From Candidatus Latescibacterota bacterium (lineage in GTDB: Bacteria > Latescibacterota > UBA2968 > UBA8231): a stretch of 64,000 nucleotides of DNA. Shown here in pieces: positions 57,884-64,000 of this stretch (position 1 is its first letter; every line of letters begins with the position of its first letter). The DNA is taken from the NCBI GenBank assembly GCA_965208105.1, contig OZ242318.1:672001-736000 (forward strand), in the 5' to 3' direction. The notes below the pieces were generated by a model. The model ran no database searches and had not been told where the DNA came from. It saw only the letters and a program-made list of their open reading frames with translations. Position numbers and translations under genes: made by a program.

Positions 57884-59016
57884 CCGTGGCGCCAGCGCTC
57901 GATGACCTCGGGACGCAGCGGCAGGCCGAACCCAGGTCCCTCGGGCAGAATCATGTACCCCTCCCGGATCTCGGGCCGTTCCCGGGGAAGATCGAACCAC
58001 ATGGGATCGCGGTTGTAGTTGGGAAAGATCTCGACGCAGAGACCGTTTGGCGCCGCGGCGAGGAGGTGCAGGGCGACCTGGGGCTCTTCGTGGTGGGCCA
58101 TGCCGATCCCGAAGCAGTGGGCCATGGCGGCGATGCGCCGCCACTCCGTCACCCCCGCCGCAATGGTGGCGTCCACGTTGAGGATGTCCACGGCGCCGCG
58201 CACGATCATGTCGCGGCAGCCGTGCCTGGATATCTCCCCCTGCCCCGCGGTCACCGGGATGCCGGCCGCCCGTATGCGCGCGTTTCCTTCGATCTGCTCA
58301 TTCCACCGGGCGGGTTCTTCGAGCCAGGCGAGGTTCAGGTCAACGGCGCCGCGGGCGAAGGCCAGGGCCTGATCCACCGTCCATCCCTGGTTGGCGTCGA
58401 CGCAGAGATGGAAATCGGCCCCTCCGGTCCTGCGCGCCAGGCGGGCGCGCTCGATATCCTCCTCCACGCTCAGGTGCCCGACCTTGAGCTTCATGCCGTG
58501 AATCCCCTGGTCGAGATAGTGGGCGACCTCGGCTTCCAGGTCGGCGCGGCGCCCCTCCTGCATCACGTAGCCGCCGATCGCGATTACCGGCACCCGGTCG
58601 CGGTAGCCGCCCAGCAGTTTGAACACGGGTTGTCCGAGGGATTTCCCCAGGGCGTCCCACAGGGCCATGTCCACGGCGGCGATTGCCTGGCTTTTGGCGC
58701 AGTGCTTGGCCAGGTCCAGACTGTGGATCCCCCGGTTGCCCAGGTCGATATGAGTCGACCACATGGATTCCCAGTGGCTTTCAACGTCCCTGACGTCCTT
58801 GCCCTCGAGCAGGGGCCGGAAGATGGTGTTCACGACCCGGCAGACCTCCAGCTGGTATTGGTCTTCGTCGCCGCCGAAGACCTCTCCGACCACGCCGTTG
58901 TCCAGCTCCGCGCGGGTGACGATGGTGTTGCGGGAGGTAATCTTGTAGGTGCCGCCCTGAAATGTTTCCTCCAAGCGGCGCACCAGGGGAACGGCCTCCA
59001 GGTTTTTGATCATCAT
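57880..59016 (-). CDS. Mandelate racemase/muconate lactonizing enzyme family protein
   Basis: AAVDMALWDALGK, MKLKVG, VDANQGW, WLEEP, PGFG. Confidence 0.92.
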   Translation of the reverse strand: MMIKNLEAVPLVRRLEETFQGGTYKITSRNTIVTRAELDNGVVGEVFGGDEDQYQLEVCRVVNTIFRPLLEGKDVRDVESHWESMWSTHIDLGNRGIHSLDLAKHCAKSQAIAAVDMALWDALGKSLGQPVFKLLGGYRDRVPVIAIGGYVMQEGRRADLEAEVAHYLDQGIHGMKLKVGHLSVEEDIERARLARRTGGADFHLCVDANQGWTVDQALAFARGAVDLNLAWLEEPARWNEQIEGNARIRAAGIPVTAGQGEISRHGCRDMIVRGAVDILNVDATIAAGVTEWRRIAAMAHCFGIGMAHHEEPQVALHLLAAAPNGLCVEIFPNYNRDPMWFDLPRERPEIREGYMILPEGPGFGLPLRPEVIERWRHG

Positions 59017-59031
59017 GGTCGGATTTCGTCC

Positions 59032-59577
59032 TCAGGCTTTACCTGCCCGGGCGGCTTCGTAGAGATCACCGCCGCGGCAGTCGTTGAGCACCACCGCGGG
59101 AAAACGGTTGAGGCGCATGCGGTGAACGGCTTCGCTCAAAAGCTCCGCGAAGGCGACGACCTCGACTTCCTCGATGGCGGTGGAAAGCAGGGCGCCGGTG
59201 CCCCCTATGGCGCCGAGGTAGACGCCGCCGTGCTGCGCCAGGGAAGCCTTGACCCGCGATGAAACGTACCCCTTGCCGATGAAGCCGCGAAGACCGCGGC
59301 CCATCAGTGCGGGAATGAAGGGATTCATGCGGCCGCTGGTGGTGGGGCCGGCCGCACCGACCACCTGTCCGTCCCTGGCGGGGGAGGGGCCGACGAAGTA
59401 GAGCAGCTGTCCTTCCAGGTCCACGGGCGGCTCCTCACCCCGGACCAGAAGCTCGTGGATGCGCGCGCAAGCCTGGTCCCGGCCGGTGAATACATCGCCC
59501 ACCAGCTCCACCTCTTCGCCCGCCCGCAGGGAGGCGGCCGCCTCCTTTTCCAGGGGCAGGTGAATCTCGGTGGCCAT
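59032..59577 (-). CDS. Class I fumarate hydratase / tartrate dehydratase, beta subunit
   Basis: TGRDQA, YFVGPSP, AGPTTSGRMN, FIGKG, D..GGDLY. Confidence 0.9.
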   Translation of the reverse strand: MATEIHLPLEKEAAASLRAGEEVELVGDVFTGRDQACARIHELLVRGEEPPVDLEGQLLYFVGPSPARDGQVVGAAGPTTSGRMNPFIPALMGRGLRGFIGKGYVSSRVKASLAQHGGVYLGAIGGTGALLSTAIEEVEVVAFAELLSEAVHRMRLNRFPAVVLNDCRGGDLYEAARAGKA

Positions 59578-60419
59578 CAGAGGACCGCCTCCTGGTGGCG
59601 ATGGGCGTGGCACTCGATATTGACGCTCACGGGAAGACTGGCGACGTGACAGGCGGCAGCTTCGGCGTGGACCGCGAGGGCCGTGGTCTCGCCGCCGTAG
59701 CCCTGGGGGCCGATGCCGGAGGCGTTGATCCGGCGTAGCGCCTCCTGCTCGAAGGCAGCCAGGTGCGACTGCGGACTTGGGGCCCCGATCGGGCGCAGCA
59801 ACGCCTTTTTGGCCAGCAGGGCCGAGTACTCGAAGGAGCCCCCGAGACCAACCCCCACAACCATGGGAGGGCATGCGTTGGGACCTGCCTGGGCGGCCGT
59901 ATCCACGACGAATTGGAGCGCCCCTTCGCGCCCGTCCGCCGGCGTCAGCATCTTGAAGCGGCTCATGTTCTCGCAACCCCCGCCCTTGGCCAGGAGCTGC
60001 AGGCGCAGGTGCTCCCCTGCGACCAGCTCGGCGTGAACCACCGCCGGGGTGTTGTCCCCGGTGTTTCCGCGCTCCAGGGGATCGGCTGTAATGGAAGCCC
60101 GCAGGTAGCCCTCCTTGTACCCCCTGCTCACCCCGTCGTTGATCGCATCCTCCAGGAGGCCGCCGACGATGCGCACCTCCTGCCCCACCGCGGCGAATAC
60201 CACCACAAGGCCCGTGTCCTGGCACATCGGCAGCGAGCGCGACGAGGCGATCTCCGCGTTCTGCAGAATTCGGTCCAGGGTATTTACCGCGAGTGGATTG
60301 GTTTCCCTCCGCGCGGCCTGGGCGAGAGCCGCCCGCATGTCCTCCTTGAGCTCGAAATTGGCCTTCCTGCACATCGTCGCAACGGCGTCGCGGATCCGGG
60401 TAACGCTTATCTCTTTCAT
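59577..60419 (-). CDS. Class I fumarate hydratase / tartrate dehydratase, alpha subunit
   Basis: PMCQDTG, YLRAS, NTGDNTP, KGGGCEN, ACPP, GIGPQGYGG, CHVASLPV, CHAHRH. Confidence 0.92.
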   Translation of the reverse strand: MKEISVTRIRDAVATMCRKANFELKEDMRAALAQAARRETNPLAVNTLDRILQNAEIASSRSLPMCQDTGLVVVFAAVGQEVRIVGGLLEDAINDGVSRGYKEGYLRASITADPLERGNTGDNTPAVVHAELVAGEHLRLQLLAKGGGCENMSRFKMLTPADGREGALQFVVDTAAQAGPNACPPMVVGVGLGGSFEYSALLAKKALLRPIGAPSPQSHLAAFEQEALRRINASGIGPQGYGGETTALAVHAEAAACHVASLPVSVNIECHAHRHQEAVL

Positions 60420-60480
60420 CGCAGAATCAAAAGGTTTCCGAAATGGAGCTGGAGGGGCGGCGGGACATCCACCGCGGCCC

Positions 60481-61233
60481 TTATTCCACGTCCCTTCTTT
60501 CAGGCCCGGAATAGGAGATCGAATCTACTCCGGCGGCCTTGAAAGGGCGCTCCCTGGTCGCTTGCTCGTGGGCGTGTGCGGCATATCCCGGCGCGCGGCT
60601 TACGATGAAGAAGGTCTTGCCCAGGGCCGGATCGATTCCCATGTCGCAGATCAGCGCGGCTATGGCCCCGTCCACGTTCAGCGGCAGCCGCCGGCCCAGG
60701 TCCTCCTCCAGGGCATCCTCCAGGCATCGGGCAAGGGCCGCGTGCGCCCCCGCTATCCTCCACTCGTGCGCCAGCTCGAAGAGGGTGACCGCGCGCGGGT
60801 CCGGATTGTGGGCAGGATGTCCGAATCCGGGCAGGCGGAGTCCGGCGGCGCGCTGTGCCGCGACTATCTCGGAGGCGGAGCGGCCCGCGGCCACGGCTTC
60901 CTGCAGAATGCGCGCGCAAGGTTCCATCGCGCCTCCGTGGACATCGCCGATGGCGCTGATCCCGGCGGCCACGGCGGTCTGCAGGGGGACGCCGCAGGAG
61001 GCCACGAAGCGAACGGCGTCGGCGCTGGGAGAAGCCAGGCTGTGCTCGCAGCAGGAAACCAGGATGGCCTCGACCATCCGGCCCTCGGCCCCGGACGGCA
61101 ATTCTCCCTTGAGCAGAAGGTACACCGTATCGCCGAAGCTACAGCGGCGGGTCAACTGCTCGATGGGGTAGCCCCGGACCAGGATCTCGTTGGGCTTGAC
61201 CCGCGATATGGAGGTTCTCCAGAAATCGCTCAT
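60481..61233 (-). CDS. ccl: Citryl-CoA lyase (citrate synthase-like short protein)
   Basis: About 250 aa; WRTSIS....ILVRGY, GDVHGGA, RLPGFGHP.H..DPR, LPLNVDG, FIVSRAPG..AH..EQ. Confidence 0.82.
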   Translation of the reverse strand: MSDFWRTSISRVKPNEILVRGYPIEQLTRRCSFGDTVYLLLKGELPSGAEGRMVEAILVSCCEHSLASPSADAVRFVASCGVPLQTAVAAGISAIGDVHGGAMEPCARILQEAVAAGRSASEIVAAQRAAGLRLPGFGHPAHNPDPRAVTLFELAHEWRIAGAHAALARCLEDALEEDLGRRLPLNVDGAIAALICDMGIDPALGKTFFIVSRAPGYAAHAHEQATRERPFKAAGVDSISYSGPERRDVE

Positions 61234-62108
61234 GAGAGAAGTCCTGTCAAAAGATCGTCGAACTCTTCGGCCACGAAAACCCCCGCGCGCCGCAGCGCCT
61301 CCTCCTTGCCGCGCACGGAGCCGCGGCCCTCCTCCACGATGGCGCCGGCGTGTCCGAAACGCATGCCTTCGAACCTGTCCACGAAGCGCCCGGCGAGGAA
61401 GGCGTTGATGCGCAGCCGGCTCCCGTTCCGTTCCAGGTGCCGGGCGAGCTTCTCCTCGGCCACGCCGCCGGGCTCGCCGAAGATCACCACCGCGCTGGTG
61501 GTGGGATCGGCCTCGAGCAACTCGATCAACTGCACGAAGTCGGAGCCGATGATGGGGTCGCCGCCCACGCCCACGGCGATGCTCTGGCCGATCCCGTTGC
61601 TCGTCAGGAAACTGGCGATTTCGGTCGTCATCCCGCCGCTCCTCGACAGCACCGCCACCTCCCCCGCCATGTAGGAGCGGCGCACATTGTCCACGCGGCC
61701 GCCGATGGTGCCCACCTTGGCGAGGCCGGGGCGGATGAGCCCCAGGGAGTTGGGGCCGATGACCGTGCATCGGCCATTGGCGGCGGCCACGATCCTGCTG
61801 GCGTCCAGCCGCGGCACCCGTTCGGACATGATGAGGCAAAGCCCGATGGCGTGGGCGAAGGCTTCGAGTGCCGCCTCGAGAACCGCAGGGGCCGGCACCG
61901 AGATCACCGATACGGCGGGATCGTGTTCCTTGAGAACCTGCCCCAAGGTATCGTAGACGGGGATGTCATGCACCTTCTCCCCGCCCTTGCCCGGGGTCAC
62001 CCCGGCGACGATGTTGCTGCCGTAGGCCAGCATGTCCCCCACCATCGCCCGGGCCTCGCGCCCGGTGATCCCCTGCACCACGATTCCGGCTCGTGGCTCA
62101 AGCAGCAT
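61230..62108 (-). CDS. Acyl-CoA synthetase (ADP-forming) alpha subunit, SucD / citryl-CoA synthetase small subunit-like
   Basis: VQGITG, GVTPGKGG, IGPNSLG, SRSGG, GGDPIIG, GEPGG, FGHAGA phospho-His. Confidence 0.9.
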   Translation of the reverse strand: MLLEPRAGIVVQGITGREARAMVGDMLAYGSNIVAGVTPGKGGEKVHDIPVYDTLGQVLKEHDPAVSVISVPAPAVLEAALEAFAHAIGLCLIMSERVPRLDASRIVAAANGRCTVIGPNSLGLIRPGLAKVGTIGGRVDNVRRSYMAGEVAVLSRSGGMTTEIASFLTSNGIGQSIAVGVGGDPIIGSDFVQLIELLEADPTTSAVVIFGEPGGVAEEKLARHLERNGSRLRINAFLAGRFVDRFEGMRFGHAGAIVEEGRGSVRGKEEALRRAGVFVAEEFDDLLTGLLS

Positions 62109-63297
62109 GGCCCCCGACCCTTTCCACCGCCATGCGCGCAGCCCGGTCCAGGGAAATCTCCCGCCCCAGCGCTTCGACCCCTGCCGCCGCCATGATCCGG
62201 CGCGCCTCCTGCTCCCACGAGCCCGGAACGCGAAAGACGGCGATGGTCTCGGCGGGATTCCGGCCTGCCCCCTCCATGCCGCGCAGGACTCCTTCGGCGA
62301 TTATGTCGGCGCGGGTGTTGTTGACCACGTTCATGATGGCCGCCAGCTTCACCACGCCAGGCTTGGAGAGCAGCAGGGTGGTCAGGGCCGCCACCTTCTC
62401 CGCGGTGGGATTCCCTCCCATCTCGCTGTAGTTTGCCGGCCTGCCTCCATGCCGGAGCACCGCGTCGAACACGGTCAGGCTGGCCCCGCCGCCCCCGATG
62501 AGCAAGCCCAGGTCGCCGTCGAACTCGACCACGCGGCCCGCCACCCCGCGGTGGTCCATTGCGTCGATGCGCCGGGCATGCTCCTCCATGGGCGTGGGAG
62601 AGCGTCCCGCGGAAGCCGCCTCGACCTCCCCCAGGCCGGCCACCCGGTGTTCCTGCCTCCAGGAGGCGTCATCGTCGATCTCCACCTTCGCGTCCAGGCC
62701 GACGAGCTCCCCGTCCGCTGTCACCACGAGGGGGTTGATTTCCACCGTTACTGCATCGATCTCGAGAAAAGCCCGCGCCAGGCGGTCGAGTATGCGGCCC
62801 ACGCCCACCAGGTTTTTTCCGGTCAGGCCGGCGGCGGCGGCCATCTCCCGGCCCTCATGCGGCCGCAGTCCGCAAACCGGATCAAGGTGGCGGCGGACCC
62901 TGCCCTGCGCAAAGCTCTTCTCCACTTCGATCCCCCCACCCGTACTCAGCAGCGCCAGCGGCCGTCTGGCGGCCAGGTCCCAGGTGATCCCGGCGTAGAG
63001 CTCGCGCTCGAAGTCGATCCAGGGCTCCACCGAAACGGCGCCCACAGGGTGCTGGCGCAGCACCATGGCCAGGAGAGCCTTCGCCGCACGCTGCGCATCC
63101 CTGGAATTCCGGGCAGTCCTGACGGCCCCGGCCTTGCCGCGTCCGCCAAACGGGACCTGGGCCTTGAGCACCGCCGGCCTACCCAAGCGCTCCACCGCGG
63201 AGGCCGCTTCTTCCGGCGTCCGCGCCACGGCCGGGAGGGTGAAATCCAGACCGAAATCGCCGAGCACCATCTTGCTCTGGTATTCGACCAACCTCAA
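62098..63297 (-). CDS. Acyl-CoA synthetase (ADP-forming) beta subunit, citryl-CoA synthetase large subunit-like
   Basis: Likely TTG start at LRLVEYQSK; KAQV..GGRGKAG, EINPL, LDAK; C-terminal GGGGAS and ANYSEMGGNP (ACL/CCS-type). Confidence 0.85.
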   Translation of the reverse strand: MRLVEYQSKMVLGDFGLDFTLPAVARTPEEAASAVERLGRPAVLKAQVPFGGRGKAGAVRTARNSRDAQRAAKALLAMVLRQHPVGAVSVEPWIDFERELYAGITWDLAARRPLALLSTGGGIEVEKSFAQGRVRRHLDPVCGLRPHEGREMAAAAGLTGKNLVGVGRILDRLARAFLEIDAVTVEINPLVVTADGELVGLDAKVEIDDDASWRQEHRVAGLGEVEAASAGRSPTPMEEHARRIDAMDHRGVAGRVVEFDGDLGLLIGGGGASLTVFDAVLRHGGRPANYSEMGGNPTAEKVAALTTLLLSKPGVVKLAAIMNVVNNTRADIIAEGVLRGMEGAGRNPAETIAVFRVPGSWEQEARRIMAAAGVEALGREISLDRAARMAVERVGGHAA

Positions 63298-63656
63298 AAA
63301 ATCTGTTTCTCTCCAGGTGCCGGCCCCGCGAACTTCAGCGGACCCATGCCGCACCGGACTTCCCTTCCCCCGGACCGGAGAGGAAAGATATTCCCGGAGC
63401 GGCCGAGCTCCCATGGATCCGTCCTGATTGAGAGACGCCATCGGGCATCGATTCAAATCTTAACCACCTCCTCAGCGGATGACAAGAGCCCCGGCGATCG
63501 GCCGTTCACCCTGATTCCATCTCCGTCCGAATTTTCATTTTCGCCGGGGTCCATCGCTTCGGCACCGGCCACATTCAGGAACCACTCCTTGCGCCGCGGG
63601 GGCAACAATCGATATCCTATTACAGCACGCATTTCAACCTGAGGAAGGACGAGAAC

Positions 63657-64000
63657 ATGGGCGACAGCACGTTGACCGCAGGGGTGGCGCGCCTCGACAT
63701 CACCCCACCCCTGGGATTTCGCATGCAGGGAATAATGAGCCGCACCGAGGGAGCGGACGGCGTGGAATCGGCGCTGCTGGCTACGGTGCTGGTATTGGCC
63801 GATGAGCACACCAAACTGGCCATCTTCGACTGCGATCTCATCGGCTTCGACCTGCCTCTGGCGGACGAGATCCGCCAGGCCGTGGGCGGCCGCCTGTCCA
63901 TCCCCTCCAGCCACGTACTGCTGGGATGCACCCACACCCACAACGGCCCCTGTACCTCCCGGGGGAACCTGGGAGGCGTGCACGATGTGGGCGGCGATCC
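63657..64000 (+). CDS. Neutral/alkaline ceramidase N-terminal-like protein, runs off the window
   Basis: Manual translation MGDSTLTAGVARLDITPPLG...DCDLIG...VLLGCTHTHNGP. Confidence 0.8.
   Translation, partial: MGDSTLTAGVARLDITPPLGFRMQGIMSRTEGADGVESALLATVLVLADEHTKLAIFDCDLIGFDLPLADEIRQAVGGRLSIPSSHVLLGCTHTHNGPCTSRGNLGGVHDVGGD

Noticed and set aside
60481-63297. Conclusion that the organism is an rTCA autotroph
   Set aside because: No 2-oxoglutarate or pyruvate:ferredoxin oxidoreductase or fumarate reductase in the window; cannot be concluded from this segment
63453-63983. 176-aa minus-strand ORF
   Set aside because: Antisense to the ceramidase-like gene starting at 63657, which has clear family motifs

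Overview
High-GC bacterial chromosomal segment, densely coding (about 55 CDSs). I found no rRNA, tRNA, CRISPR array or intact transposase. Most genes are catabolic or accessory: GH38, GH172/DUF2961, a GH42-like protein, a sugar ABC importer without an ATPase, SDRs, two enolase-superfamily enzymes, two nitrilase-family enzymes, an amidase and a GGT. There are several repeat proteins (two CRTAC1/ASPIC-UnbV plus TPR systems, ankyrin, NHL) and a small housekeeping island (fxsA, class I lysyl-tRNA synthetase, infA, phosphohexomutase, zapA and a probable 6S RNA). The family mix (DUF6785-type membrane protein, a 1000-aa Asp-rich secreted protein, PhyH, ceramidase-like, DUF6807) resembles Latescibacterota/Poribacteria-like heterotrophs; this is inference only. 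Most notable: (1) a promoter-anchored long structured 5' leader RNA ahead of an ankyrin gene with an LPxRPxLxQLKKQAK N-terminal domain; (2) an amidohydrolase-fold protein plus Rieske pair that looks like an amidohydrolase-related dinuclear oxygenase inside an unknown catabolic operon; (3) a citryl-CoA synthetase-like / citryl-CoA lyase / split class I fumarase / enolase-family operon; (4) a class I LysRS lacking the KMSKS lysines; (5) two CTAG-ended MITE-like elements flanking a nitrilase gene. All calls come from motif recognition by eye; no database searches were run.
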